Shown one piece after another: positions 7,507 to 17,967 of a DNA stretch of 64,000 nucleotides. Position 1 is the first letter of the stretch. Each line of letters opens with the position of its first letter. A program made the position numbers and the translations under genes. This DNA comes from Coprothermobacterota bacterium (GTDB lineage: Bacteria > Coprothermobacterota > Coprothermobacteria > Coprothermobacterales > Coprothermobacteraceae): NCBI GenBank assembly GCA_036679065.1, contig JAZIGN010000003.1:512001-576000 (forward strand), written 5' to 3'. The notes under the pieces were generated by a model. It was not told the DNA's origin, searched no databases, and was given only the letters and a program-made list of their open reading frames with translations.

Positions 7507-9510
7507 GTGCAACATACGTTTAAAAAAATCTGCGTCTTATTAGTCTTTCTACTCCTTTTGCCGTTGCAGGCAAAAGCGGATATTGTTTTCTCTGTGCACG
7601 CCAACAATCCACCTTTTGTGTATGTTGAAGGCAAAGAACTAAAGGGATTTGCGGTGGATCTGGCCAAAGAAATTGGAAAGGTGCTAAACGAAAAGGTGGA
7701 TTTTCTACCTACCTCGTATCAGAGCGAAGCGATTGAAGCAGTGAAAGATGGAAGAGCAGATGCTGTACTTGTTATGGGATTCTACGAAGGTGCAGGTAAC
7801 TCCTTGGTGCCAACTGATCCTTACTTCTATCCGTATTATGTGATGGCTGTAAGGAAGGGATCCAACCTCAAACTAGATGACTTGAAACAAAAATCGGTGG
7901 CAGTGGTTGGAGGGAGTGCACTTGAGTCGTACTTGATTTCCAATGGGTTTAAAAATGTCGTGTCGCTTGCGAGTCATGAAGAAGTCTTAGAAGCACTTGA
8001 AAGCGGACAAGTTGACGGTGCTTTCATGGTAGAGCAGTCTTATGGCTACTTAACCGAGAAGCTTGAGATTAGTGACACCATACTTCTGCCGGAAAAGGTT
8101 CAGTTAGCCCAGTATGCCATTGGCGTTAGCGAAAAAAACAGTATCCTTCGCGTTCGGCTGAACGATGCGATTAGGCAGCTCCAAGTTTCTGGAGTATACG
8201 ATCAGCTTGTAGAACGCTGGCTTGGAAAAAACGAGCTCAGCCCAGCTTTCGTTAATACGTTGGTACGGAATATTGCCATAGGAGCTGCTATTGGTGCCAT
8301 TGTTGTTGCTTTAGTTTTCTATTGGGTATTAAAAATGCTTCGATCCAACAGAAGAGAACTTGCAGCTGCGTATGAGCAGCTGGCTGCAGAAAATCAACAG
8401 CTTTTGGCGTCTTATGAGGAAATCTTGAACGCGAACAAAGAACTGGAAGATATGAGAGCCAAAGAAAAAAGCCTTTTAGGACTTATGGGGCAGCTGCGAC
8501 CAGATGTTGAGGACGAGTCTTTTTACAGTTACCTTCTGGAATTGGCTTTGTCTCTGGTTCCTGAGGCTCAAGCTGGTTCGATATTGGTAAGAGATGATGA
8601 TGGTTATGTGCGGTTCCGAGCAATCAGGGGCTATAGCTCCTTGTTAAGCACTCTGGACCTTAGACCTGAATGGGTCTACAGACCTCAGGGAGTGGAGGTG
8701 GTTAGAGAACTTCGAGACAGTGCTATGCCCCCAGAGATTGCTGCAGTATTTAGCAGTGCTAGACCTTCGCCCATTGTAGTATCTTTGGCTGCGCCCTTAA
8801 TTGTGAATAAGCAGTGGTATGGTTCAGTTTTTGTCGATAGTTTTGAGGAAGTAGATTTCAATGAACAATCCATTGAGTTATTTGATTCGTTAACCAGTTT
8901 AGCTAGTGCGTTTACAGCTTTGAAAGTTCACGAACGAACAGCAAACAGGTTCTTAAAGGAGATTATTCTCATTTTGGTGAAGACTTTGGAATACAGGGAT
9001 CCATACACGGCTGGTCATTCTGAAAGGGTAGCAAAGATAGCTTCTGATTTTGCTTCTTTTATTGGTTACACAGGAAGCACCTCCGAAGATATTTACTGGG
9101 CTGGTATCCTGCACGATATTGGGAAGGTGGGCGTACCTGACTTTGTTTTGAAGAAACCGGGGAGTTTGACGCCTGAGGAATACGCCGAGATGAAGAAACA
9201 CCCCGTGTTTTCTGAAGAAATTTTGGAAGGTAGTGAAACCCTTAGGAAATATGCTAAGTGGGTAGGATCACATCATGAGCGCTGGGACGGTAAAGGATAT
9301 CCCAAAGGGCTTGTGGGAGAGGAGATTCCATTGGAAGGTAGAATCTTGTCTCTGGCTGATTCCTTTGACGCTATGAGCACTGATAGACCTTACCGTAAAG
9401 GTAAGAATATTCAAGAATCTATCGAAGAGATTCTAAGGTGCAGCGGTACACAGTTTGATCCTTATCTAGCTACACAGTTTGCGCATTTCTTGAAGCGTTA
9501 CTTTCTGTAA
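7507..9510 (+). CDS. Membrane HD-GYP cyclic-dinucleotide phosphodiesterase with extracytoplasmic amino-acid-binding (SBP family 3) and GAF domains
   Basis: Signal peptide; NNPPFVY...GFAVDLA SBP3 pattern; TM; coiled coil; GAF-like segment; RDPYTAGHSERV, LHDIGK, HHERWDGKGYP, ADSFDAM..DRPYR. Confidence 0.9.
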   Translation: MQHTFKKICVLLVFLLLLPLQAKADIVFSVHANNPPFVYVEGKELKGFAVDLAKEIGKVLNEKVDFLPTSYQSEAIEAVKDGRADAVLVMGFYEGAGNSLVPTDPYFYPYYVMAVRKGSNLKLDDLKQKSVAVVGGSALESYLISNGFKNVVSLASHEEVLEALESGQVDGAFMVEQSYGYLTEKLEISDTILLPEKVQLAQYAIGVSEKNSILRVRLNDAIRQLQVSGVYDQLVERWLGKNELSPAFVNTLVRNIAIGAAIGAIVVALVFYWVLKMLRSNRRELAAAYEQLAAENQQLLASYEEILNANKELEDMRAKEKSLLGLMGQLRPDVEDESFYSYLLELALSLVPEAQAGSILVRDDDGYVRFRAIRGYSSLLSTLDLRPEWVYRPQGVEVVRELRDSAMPPEIAAVFSSARPSPIVVSLAAPLIVNKQWYGSVFVDSFEEVDFNEQSIELFDSLTSLASAFTALKVHERTANRFLKEIILILVKTLEYRDPYTAGHSERVAKIASDFASFIGYTGSTSEDIYWAGILHDIGKVGVPDFVLKKPGSLTPEEYAEMKKHPVFSEEILEGSETLRKYAKWVGSHHERWDGKGYPKGLVGEEIPLEGRILSLADSFDAMSTDRPYRKGKNIQESIEEILRCSGTQFDPYLATQFAHFLKRYFL

Positions 9511-9542
9511 TTCTTGTTTGGTCAATGAAGGAGGATTTAGAA

Positions 9543-10589
9543 GTGTGGAATAAATGGGCTGAAGTATCCAAAATGAACTTGAAGAACAATGTGGAGCTCA
9601 TAAGGCAAAAACTACCTGACTTGGAACCCATTGCCGTGGTCAAAGACGATGCTTACGGTCATGATGCTGCTGTGGTTGTTCCAGAGCTTTTGAAAAATGG
9701 TATAACAAAGTTTGCAGTGGTTTATGCAAAAGATGCACTCATGTTGTCTGAGTTTGGAGCAGAATGGATATTAGTGTTGGACGATCCGCCTGTCTCCGGC
9801 ATGTGCTCTGAATATGAGAGAAGAGGTATTAGATTCTGCATAACAGATCCAAAATGGCTTAGAGACGGATTACTGGAATTGCCCATTAAGTTTCACCTTT
9901 TTGTGGACGTTGGGATGCACCGTGAAGGTGTACCGTGGTATGAAACAAATACGATAAAGGAAATATGTAAGGTCGTTGGCAATAGGTTGGAAGGCATTTG
10001 TTCGCATCTATCAAACGGACTGTCCGATTCACAGGTGCTGGCTACCGAAGAAGAAAGATTTAGAGATGTTTTAGGTATTGTTCCAGAGGGATTGATGGTG
10101 CATTTATCCAATTCTGCATCACTGTATAATGGTAGGTTTCCTTATGCGACTCATTTCAGACCTGGCATAGCGCTTTATGGCTATGGTTATCCTGGTTTAA
10201 AACCTGTGCTATCTCTAAAGGCTCGTGTCATTCACGAGCATGTCTTGGAATCTGGGGAAGGACTCTCATACGGTTGGACTTGGAGAGCAACAGAGCCCAC
10301 TCACGTTGTTACTGTTCCTGTGGGCTACGGCGATGGATATAACAGAAAACTAAGCAATAAGGCAATTGCCGGTTCTAAAGCTGGTAGCCTTCAGCAGATA
10401 GGGACAGTGACAATGGATTTTACAATGTTTGAAGCTCCGAAGAATATTACAGTAGGTGATGAGATTGTTCTCATGGGTGAGTGGGAAGGAGGGCATTTCT
10501 GGGCCGATGAGATGGCGCAGCTTATAGGGACTATTCCCTATGAGGTTTTGACAAGCATTAATCCAAGAATACCCAGAGTACTTGTATGA
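9543..10589 (+). CDS. alr: Alanine racemase
   Basis: AVVKDDAYGH PLP-lysine motif, GMHREG, RPGIALYG, LSYG, GYGDG, VTMD, GTIPYE. Start GTG 9543 after AAGGAGG. Confidence 0.93.
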   Translation: MWNKWAEVSKMNLKNNVELIRQKLPDLEPIAVVKDDAYGHDAAVVVPELLKNGITKFAVVYAKDALMLSEFGAEWILVLDDPPVSGMCSEYERRGIRFCITDPKWLRDGLLELPIKFHLFVDVGMHREGVPWYETNTIKEICKVVGNRLEGICSHLSNGLSDSQVLATEEERFRDVLGIVPEGLMVHLSNSASLYNGRFPYATHFRPGIALYGYGYPGLKPVLSLKARVIHEHVLESGEGLSYGWTWRATEPTHVVTVPVGYGDGYNRKLSNKAIAGSKAGSLQQIGTVTMDFTMFEAPKNITVGDEIVLMGEWEGGHFWADEMAQLIGTIPYEVLTSINPRIPRVLV

Positions 10590-11338
10590 AGGTTGCCACT
10601 TTTAATGTAAATGGTATAAGAGCGCGTCTAGATTCTATCTCTGAGCTTATGCAGATGGAAGCTCCTGATGTATTGTGTTTGCAGGAGATAAAGTGCGAAA
10701 ACGATCTCTTCCCATACGATTTTTTCAAGGATTATCAGTGCTATGTTAATGGACAAAAGGCTTACAACGGCGTATCTATTTGTTCCCGCAAGGAAGGCGT
10801 CCCTGTGGGTGTTCTTGAAGGGGTAGAAAGTCGAACGTTGGGTCTAGTTTTAGGCGACATTTTAATAGTGAATGTTTACGCGCCCCATGGTGACCTGCGT
10901 GGCTCCCCAAGGTTTTTCCAAAAAATCCAGTGGTACAAAGCGTTCTCAAAGCGTATGGAGGAGCTTTTACGCAGATATCCGAAGGTTCTAATTGTAGGGG
11001 ATTTTAATATTGCTCTAGAGGACAATGATGTATGGGACCCCATTCTCTTGAAAGATACAGTAGGAACTTTTCCTGAAGAAAGGGAAGCGTTAAAAGCTCT
11101 TTTGTCAGTAGGCTTTGTTGATGTCTTTATGGCGCTTTATCCAAAGAAAGTACAGTTTACGTGGTGGGATTACAGGCAAGGTAGAATATGGAAAAACCAA
11201 GGTATGCGTATCGACTATGTGTTTTCTAGTGAAACACTTATGCCCTCAATTGAGGACGTCTACGTGGTTGAAGAAATAAGGAAGAGACGTAACCCGAAGC
11301 CTTCAGATCATGCTCCCGTCGTATGCGTTGTGAAATAG
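10586..11338 (+). CDS. xth: Exodeoxyribonuclease III
   Basis: TFNVNGIRAR, LQEIK, GDFNIA, TWWDYR, RIDY, SDHAPV. Confidence 0.95.
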   Translation: MKVATFNVNGIRARLDSISELMQMEAPDVLCLQEIKCENDLFPYDFFKDYQCYVNGQKAYNGVSICSRKEGVPVGVLEGVESRTLGLVLGDILIVNVYAPHGDLRGSPRFFQKIQWYKAFSKRMEELLRRYPKVLIVGDFNIALEDNDVWDPILLKDTVGTFPEEREALKALLSVGFVDVFMALYPKKVQFTWWDYRQGRIWKNQGMRIDYVFSSETLMPSIEDVYVVEEIRKRRNPKPSDHAPVVCVVK

Positions 11339-11444
11339 TATAACAATGTCGACAATGTACTTGCTCTAAAAAAAAGCAGAACAATTCTTATTGGACTCTT
11401 CAGAAATACTCGTGTGTATTTTTGGGTACCACCGTGTAGAACGG

Positions 11445-12593
11445 CTAATCTACGTGTTTAAACTTTTCACGGCCTACGCCTTTGTGTTTTGCGTAAAAAA
11501 GGCTTGCCATGAGAGCTGTTAAAGGTATTGTCAGAATGAGGCCAGCTGAAGCTGAAAGTGCTCTAACCACATCTCCCACAAAAAACTCTCCTGTAATGTA
11601 CTTAAAAGCGGTATTCTCTCCAGAACTGTATAAATACACCAGGAGCCCTAACTCGGAACCGGCATAGGCGAAGATGAGTGTGTTGACCATCGTACCGATC
11701 ATGTCTCGCCCGATACGGGTCAAGCTGGAGAAAAGTGCCAAGAATTTTATATCAGGATTTTGCAGTTTAATTTCTCTAGCAGCGGAAACAATAGAAACTG
11801 CTACATCCATGACTGCGCCGAGTGCTGCTATCATGATCGCACTAAAAAACAGAGTTAAAGCGTTAACATTTTTCAATGCAGAAAACTGAAAGAAAGAGAA
11901 GATCTCGGATGTAATACCGTGAATGGAAGTCATCTTTGCTGCCATAAGCCCAAACACATAAGCACTTACTACGCCTAAAACTGTACCAGCACTGGAGAGC
12001 ATGATTTTATCCAAGCTGTCCATAACCAAGGTTATAGTAGCCACTGTGCCCACAATGACTGTTAGGATTCCAACTACTAATGGATTTTCGCCGTGAGCAA
12101 TCATTGGAATAGACATTTTCCACATAAACAATCCGGTTAAAAACAACCCTAGCAAAGCATCCAAGCCTTTAAGATGAGCAATCAAGAGCACTATCAAGGA
12201 AAAGATCAATACAGTTGAGATGGTTCCAGAAAGTCTGTCTAAGTCTTGAATGTATGCATCAGTTACCTTTCCGTTGTCCATGATTACATAAACAAATACC
12301 TTATCTCCTGGCGAGACTAAGAATGATCCATACATGGAGCTTTCGTAAATGTTCTGCGCATATATAACCTGCCCCTTTAAAGGTCCCTCGGAGATTTTCA
12401 CGGAAACAAGTTGCACTGTACTGGATTCTTGCGGCAGTACTTGTACAACCGCTTCCACAGAGCCCCTGTAGAAAGCTTCTTGTTGCTCATCAGCGGTGAC
12501 GGATCCTGACGTACTAAAAGATGGCGCTTGCCAAAGAAGTACGATTAAAACTATGGCGATTATGCGCTTTATCCAGGGTATTAATCTGCTCAT
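11445..12593 (-). CDS. YibE/F-family membrane protein
   Basis: ALGAVMDVAVSI, IGRDMIGTMVNTLIFAYAG and GLILTIPLT motifs; multiple TM helices. Confidence 0.88.
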   Translation of the reverse strand: MSRLIPWIKRIIAIVLIVLLWQAPSFSTSGSVTADEQQEAFYRGSVEAVVQVLPQESSTVQLVSVKISEGPLKGQVIYAQNIYESSMYGSFLVSPGDKVFVYVIMDNGKVTDAYIQDLDRLSGTISTVLIFSLIVLLIAHLKGLDALLGLFLTGLFMWKMSIPMIAHGENPLVVGILTVIVGTVATITLVMDSLDKIMLSSAGTVLGVVSAYVFGLMAAKMTSIHGITSEIFSFFQFSALKNVNALTLFFSAIMIAALGAVMDVAVSIVSAAREIKLQNPDIKFLALFSSLTRIGRDMIGTMVNTLIFAYAGSELGLLVYLYSSGENTAFKYITGEFFVGDVVRALSASAGLILTIPLTALMASLFYAKHKGVGREKFKHVD

Positions 12594-12687
12594 ACGTGAG
12601 CTATTATAACCCTGTTGGCATTGGCTAATGTTATCATTAATAAAGTAATTGCTGCTTAGTTGTCATACAAAGTTAAGGAGGTAAAAA

Positions 12688-13653
12688 GTGCAATCTTGCA
12701 AACATTTCGCAATTTTCCTGGATCTAGAGAATCTGGCTAAAAGTTTGGAGAAATATGATAAGACCCCCCAAGAGCTTCTACAAAAGATCTTAGATACTTT
12801 TGTTGGTATGGGTAAGATCGATGTGGCAAGGGTTTATACAGGTTGGGGTGTTTTTGCGTCACTCATACCATTTGCCGTGGATATGGGGTATGAAGTGGTA
12901 TTTGTCTATGCTCACAGAAGTGGTAGCGTTGTAAAGAACATGGCAGACATGCAGATAACAGTGGATGCTCTAAAGTTAGGGTATGAGCGGGACAGTATTG
13001 ATGCCTTTGTGTTTGTGTCCGCAGATCGTGATTTCATACCGGTTATTAAGGCTCTTCAGGGCCTGGGTAAAGAAGTAGTAGTCATAGGAGACGAACAAAT
13101 AACGTCGGAAGCGTTAAAGAATACGGCCGACGCTTTTGTGTCACTCAACGAACTTGCGGGCGGATTAAAGAGTTTAAGCAAGAACAGGGCTGGAAAGGAC
13201 TTTGAGAAATTCTTCAAGACCATTGGTGGCATCATCAAGTTTGTTGATTTTATGAACTATGAACTTTCTCCGTCCATTCTAAAGGAACTGCTGACCATGG
13301 TTATGCCTGACTTTACTGAACATGATTGGGGTTACCCCAATTTCAAGGCATTGGTTAAGGACTTAGAGAAAAGAGGTCTGGTTGAAATTGTTGACTCCAG
13401 CAAGATGAAAATGGTACCTACGGCACATATTAAAGAATGTGACTTCGTTGTCCCTGAATTAGATATTCAGCGCGTAAAAGAGAGAATAAGCTCGGAGACT
13501 AGCTTTTCGAAGTTAGTGGAGGAACTTAGAAGCATAGAAAAACAAGGAATACGAGGAGGTAAAGATTACTGGGAAGCTTTGATAAGACTTGGAAACGACC
13601 TTGGTTGGTGGGAAGTCAAACTAGGAGGTGCGGAAGTTGAAAAGTCGGAGTAG
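12688..13653 (+). CDS. NYN-domain (PIN-like) ribonuclease-family protein with LOTUS/OST-HTH-like domain
   Basis: IFLDLEN, KNMADMQITVDA, VSADRDFIP, GKEVVVIG, ADAFVSL; C-terminal PDFTEHDWGYPNFKALV. RBS AAGGAGG. Confidence 0.85.
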   Translation: MQSCKHFAIFLDLENLAKSLEKYDKTPQELLQKILDTFVGMGKIDVARVYTGWGVFASLIPFAVDMGYEVVFVYAHRSGSVVKNMADMQITVDALKLGYERDSIDAFVFVSADRDFIPVIKALQGLGKEVVVIGDEQITSEALKNTADAFVSLNELAGGLKSLSKNRAGKDFEKFFKTIGGIIKFVDFMNYELSPSILKELLTMVMPDFTEHDWGYPNFKALVKDLEKRGLVEIVDSSKMKMVPTAHIKECDFVVPELDIQRVKERISSETSFSKLVEELRSIEKQGIRGGKDYWEALIRLGNDLGWWEVKLGGAEVEKSE

Positions 13654-14485
13654 TAGGAAAAGAAATTCAGGTTTACTTTACATTGTCATTGCTGTCATAG
13701 TTGTTTTGGTAATTAGTTTGACTACATGGTTTTTCTCTGGGCAGAAGACTCCACAGAAGGCGGCCAGAAAATTTGTGGAGGCTTGGGCAAACTATGATCT
13801 TTCAGGTATGACGTCAGCGAGCACAAAGGAAATGAGCGAAGGCATGGTGAATGCTTACTTTCGATCATTCTTGAACTCTTTAGAAAGTATGAGACAGATT
13901 ACTGCTGAAGCTGAAGGAATACCGGTGGCCTCTGTGGAGTATCCGCTTAGGTGGGAGAATTGGAAGCTTGATTACAGTGTGGTGGATGATGGAGTTGTGG
14001 AGGTAAAAGGAACTGTCAACTACATATACAAGGCGTATGAGGAGACCACCACTGTTTCAAGGAACATACACTGGATCGTCACTACCACCAAAGAAGGCTC
14101 GGATTATTTAGTTAGTGGTGTGAAGATCATTGCAGATAATCCCATGGAGGCAGTTTGGACCTTCATGGATGCTCTCATGTCAAGGAACATGTTTTATGTG
14201 GAAAAAACTGTAGCAAACGAGCCTGATGAAGGATTGGCGAACTTTTTAGCCAGTATGGGTCTTGAGTTTACCAGGGGTTATGCTACAAAAGGGCTTTTTC
14301 TCCTGCCGGCCTTGCATGATGCAGACGGGGTAGGAAAGGTTCACGTAAGTTACACCAGAGTTGGCATAGGTGGGACATCATCTCTCACTAGTGACGTTGC
14401 CATAGTAGATGCTACGTTTGATACAGTACGTGAAGGTGACGGCTACGTGGTTAGGGATGTGCAATTTAAAGAAATAGGAGAATGA
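13637..14485 (+). CDS. Hypothetical membrane-anchored exported protein (possibly two NTF2-like repeats)
   Basis: Basic N-terminus plus single TM; TPQKAARKFVEAW and NPMEAVWTFMDAL repeat-like starts. TTG 13637 after AGGAGGTG. Confidence 0.6.
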   Translation: MKSRSSRKRNSGLLYIVIAVIVVLVISLTTWFFSGQKTPQKAARKFVEAWANYDLSGMTSASTKEMSEGMVNAYFRSFLNSLESMRQITAEAEGIPVASVEYPLRWENWKLDYSVVDDGVVEVKGTVNYIYKAYEETTTVSRNIHWIVTTTKEGSDYLVSGVKIIADNPMEAVWTFMDALMSRNMFYVEKTVANEPDEGLANFLASMGLEFTRGYATKGLFLLPALHDADGVGKVHVSYTRVGIGGTSSLTSDVAIVDATFDTVREGDGYVVRDVQFKEIGE

Positions 14486-14584
14486 GATTTAAATGTTAAA
14501 ATGTAATGTTGTGTGTTTTTCGAAGTTTTACTTCGTTCGAGTTAGAACAAAAATTCTATGCATAGTTTGAGGAGGTAATGAAAG

Positions 14585-16264
14585 GTGGAACCCCGTGAAG
14601 AGAATTTCAATCAAGAATTCGACGTAGAAATGGCTGAAAGAGGGGATCTCGTAGAAGGTACAGTTTTGCGCGCTGACGTAGATGGATTGTGGTTGGACAT
14701 CGCTAGTAAGTATGATGCTTTTCTCCCACTGGAAGAATGCACTACGGAGTTAGCACGTCAGGTGCAGGAAGGTAACGTGCCAACCAGCGTGGAGGTTGTT
14801 GTTACCAGAACAAATGACGATAAGGGATATATCTCAGTTTCTCAGAAGAGAGCTGCTTACAGGAAACTTTGGAAAGATGTAGAAGAATGGGAAAAGAGTG
14901 GAGAGCCTAGAAAGGTAAAAGCTGTGGGCGCTGATGATAAAGGTGTATTCGTGGACCTTGGTGCTGGAATTCTTGGTTACGTACCCGCATCTCAATTGGA
15001 AATAAGGTTTGTACGCGATACGAAGAAGTACGTGGGACGCTCATTGCGAGTAAAAATACTGCGTGTTAACCGGAAGCGAAATCAGATCATACTTACACAG
15101 CGACAGGTGCTTGAAGAGGAACAAAAGGAACGAGCAGAAAAAGCCTGGTTAAGGCTTAAAGACAGTGACGTCGTACGTGGTCATGTCAGTCGGATTACTG
15201 ACGAGGGCGTTTTTGTAGATTTGGGCGACGGAATTGAGGGTTTCGTACCCAAAGACGAACTTGACTGGAGACCAATCAAGAATATTGCCAAGGTTTTCAG
15301 ACGTGGAGATGTGGTTCGGGCAAAGGTGCTTTCTATGGATGACGAAAAGAAGGAAATGGTGCTCAGCATCAGGCTTGCAACACCCAATCCATGGCAACTC
15401 TTTGCCGAGAAGCATAATGTGGGAGACGTAGTTAATGGGCGCGTACTGCGGTATCTCCGAGGAGGGCTTTTACTGTTGGTTGATCGCGTTACCGGACTGG
15501 TGCCTGCCCAGGAAGTATCGTGGAAACGTGGGGCAAAGGTGGAAGACCTGTATAAAATAGGTGATCACGTAAAAGCGAAAATCTTGAGGTTTGACCCTGA
15601 AGCACAGGACCTTATTTTGAGCGTCAAAGAAGCTCTTGGAGATCCATGGGAAAACGTGGAAAGGGACTTCCCAGTTGGTTCAAAAGCTGAGGGAACTGTA
15701 GTAAATATAACGGACTTTGGCGTTTTTGTGGAATTAGCACCTGGAGTAGAGGGCTTAGTTCCGCGAAGGTATGTCAGCTGGAAGCGGTTTAAGGACATAA
15801 ATGAGGTTGTAAACATAGGTGATCAGGTGGAAGTAGTGGTTCTGGGTATCAACATAGTTGACAGAAAGATTACGTTGTCAATGCGCGACACAAGGCCAGA
15901 CCCTTGGGAAGAAGTGGTGAAGAACATACAGCCAGGACAACTTGTGCGAGGTAAGGTTGTTACCATAATTCCTCAAGGGGTGTTTGTGGAAATTGCTGAT
16001 GGCGTTGAGGGCTTCATACACATTTCACAGCTTTCCATTAGGAGAGTGGACGATCCTCGGGATGCCGTGTCTGAGGGTGATGAGATTGTTGCAAAAGTCA
16101 TCGGTATTGATGAAGAGAGGCGTCGCATTTCATTGTCTGTAAAAGCCATTCACGTGGATAAGGAAAGGGAAGAACTGCAAGATTTTCTGTCTCAACAGGG
16201 TGAAGACAAGTTCACTCTTTCTGATGTGCTGGGCAATTTACTGGGCCGGGAGGTTTCTTTCTGA
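14585..16264 (+). CDS. rpsA: 30S ribosomal protein S1 (six S1 domains)
   Basis: Repeated S1 domains (GVFVDLG..I.G.VP, FGVFVELAPGVEGLV, GVEGFIHISQLS, RRISLSVK); RBS GAGGAGG. Confidence 0.95.
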   Translation: MEPREENFNQEFDVEMAERGDLVEGTVLRADVDGLWLDIASKYDAFLPLEECTTELARQVQEGNVPTSVEVVVTRTNDDKGYISVSQKRAAYRKLWKDVEEWEKSGEPRKVKAVGADDKGVFVDLGAGILGYVPASQLEIRFVRDTKKYVGRSLRVKILRVNRKRNQIILTQRQVLEEEQKERAEKAWLRLKDSDVVRGHVSRITDEGVFVDLGDGIEGFVPKDELDWRPIKNIAKVFRRGDVVRAKVLSMDDEKKEMVLSIRLATPNPWQLFAEKHNVGDVVNGRVLRYLRGGLLLLVDRVTGLVPAQEVSWKRGAKVEDLYKIGDHVKAKILRFDPEAQDLILSVKEALGDPWENVERDFPVGSKAEGTVVNITDFGVFVELAPGVEGLVPRRYVSWKRFKDINEVVNIGDQVEVVVLGINIVDRKITLSMRDTRPDPWEEVVKNIQPGQLVRGKVVTIIPQGVFVEIADGVEGFIHISQLSIRRVDDPRDAVSEGDEIVAKVIGIDEERRRISLSVKAIHVDKEREELQDFLSQQGEDKFTLSDVLGNLLGREVSF

Positions 16265-16284
16265 AAAGCCAATCGGTAAGCCAG

Positions 16285-16860
16285 ATGTTGGAAAACGTTG
16301 GGGCTTCTGTTGACTGGAAAAAGATCGAACAAATATACGAGAAGTACAATTTACCAGAAAACGTAAGGCATCACATTGAGGCTGTTACTTTAGGTGTTGC
16401 CCGGGTTGTAGAAAAACTGCAGAAGCGGGATGTAACAGTAGACGTTAATTCACTCATACTGGGAGCCCTTCTGCATGACATTGGTCGCAGTGTGACTCAT
16501 GATATCTCTCATGGGGTTATTGGGTCGGCCATTGCCAGAGAAGAAGGGTTCTCAGAAAGAGTTTGTTTATTGATCGAGCGTCATGTAGGTGCTGGCCTTA
16601 CCCTGGAGGAAGCTCGTAGTTTCGGACTGCCAGAGAGGTCTTACATGCCGGAAACGCTTGAAGAAAAGATACTAGCTGCAGTGGACAATTTGGCTTCAGG
16701 AGATGAGCTCATAACTAAGGAAGAGTTTATAAGGGACGTTGAACTTAAGTTTGATAATGGAGAGGTAGCTCGTCGGTTTTTTGCTCTTTATGAAGAAGTA
16801 AGCAATCTACTAGGTGAGGATCTATCGGTTGTGGTACGTGGAGAGAGTTCGCTCGATTAA
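16285..16860 (+). CDS. HDIG/HD-domain phosphohydrolase (TIGR00295-like)
   Basis: H...LLHDIGRS..H..HG..G, IERHVGAG, PETLEEKILAAVDNL. Confidence 0.85.
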   Translation: MLENVGASVDWKKIEQIYEKYNLPENVRHHIEAVTLGVARVVEKLQKRDVTVDVNSLILGALLHDIGRSVTHDISHGVIGSAIAREEGFSERVCLLIERHVGAGLTLEEARSFGLPERSYMPETLEEKILAAVDNLASGDELITKEEFIRDVELKFDNGEVARRFFALYEEVSNLLGEDLSVVVRGESSLD

Positions 16861-17866
16861 GCTTTATAACTTTCGCAACTTACTCAACCAAGAAATAGAA
16901 ATTCCTGATGGTTTAACAGTTCTAATGGGGGAGAACATGCAGGGAAAGACGTCCCTTCTGGAATCTCTGTTTATAGTTTCTACTGGAAGATCCTTCAGGA
17001 CAAGAAACATTGGTGACATAGTGAGATGGGGTGAGAACCAAGCCCAAATCGAGCTTTCGGTAGACGGGGCAAATGTCGTTTTTAGCGTCTCTTTGGAGCC
17101 CAAGACGAGAAGTCTACTCCTCAACGGTGAACGCATCTCCAGCTTAGAAAGTCCTTTAGCGGGAAGGGTACTTTACTACAGTGATGAGTATTTAGATCTG
17201 GTATCCACTCCCTCAGGGACTAGGCGTCTTTTTGACCGACTGCTTGAACTTAGTGACAAAGAAAATATGCGGTTGGCTGCGCAGTACAGGAAATTAGTTG
17301 CTGAGAGAAACTCCATGCTGTCATCAGGTTTCTACAATGAGCCGCTTAATGAAGTACTTTCTGATCGTATTGACACGATTTCTCAGAAATGGAGAGAAAA
17401 GCGACAAGCGTTTTTGCAGCTAGTACAAGCATCTTTGAATTTACGCTTTCCTCAAGTATTTGATAGTAGTTACAGTTTTAAGTTTTCGGTGGAGACTTCT
17501 GACATCAAAAACCTTTCTTTGGAGATGCTGAAGAAAACAACGTTGTTTGGTTTTCAGCGTGACAAAGTTTTGCTGAGTGTTAATAACAAGGAATTAAATA
17601 CTGTCGCATCTAGAGGTTTCTTGAAAATTCTGCTTACCTTTGTTTTTGTAAGAACGGCAGAACTCATTCATGAGAAACAGGGTTACGTTCTTCTTCTTTT
17701 GGATGACTTCAATGCGAACATTGATGAACTCCATTGGAAGAAAGTCCTCGAACTTCTGCCTGAAAGGCATATCATTGCTGCTACTACGAAGACCTGGGAA
17801 AAGGCTGATTTGGGCAGACCATACAGCATATTAGCCTGCGAGCAAGGTAGAGTTTTTCCCATCTAA
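16814..17866 (+). CDS. recF: DNA replication/repair protein RecF
   Basis: NFRN, Walker A GENMQGKTSLLE, GRSFRT, ERNSML, LLLLDD. True start may be 16829 or 16838. Confidence 0.85.
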   Translation: MRIYRLWYVERVRSIKLYNFRNLLNQEIEIPDGLTVLMGENMQGKTSLLESLFIVSTGRSFRTRNIGDIVRWGENQAQIELSVDGANVVFSVSLEPKTRSLLLNGERISSLESPLAGRVLYYSDEYLDLVSTPSGTRRLFDRLLELSDKENMRLAAQYRKLVAERNSMLSSGFYNEPLNEVLSDRIDTISQKWREKRQAFLQLVQASLNLRFPQVFDSSYSFKFSVETSDIKNLSLEMLKKTTLFGFQRDKVLLSVNNKELNTVASRGFLKILLTFVFVRTAELIHEKQGYVLLLLDDFNANIDELHWKKVLELLPERHIIAATTKTWEKADLGRPYSILACEQGRVFPI

Positions 17867-17967
17867 GTAGGAAAACAAATAGAAACTTGTCAGCGATTTA
17901 ACAATTCTAAAACTACTGTGTGCTATAATCCTTTAGCTTGATTTATCGCTGAGGAGGTGTTAGCACT

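Noticed and set aside
14578..14598. Mini-ORF MKGGTP overlapping the rpsA start
   Set aside because: The ATG is only about 2 nt from the SD; spacing favours the in-frame GTG at 14585.
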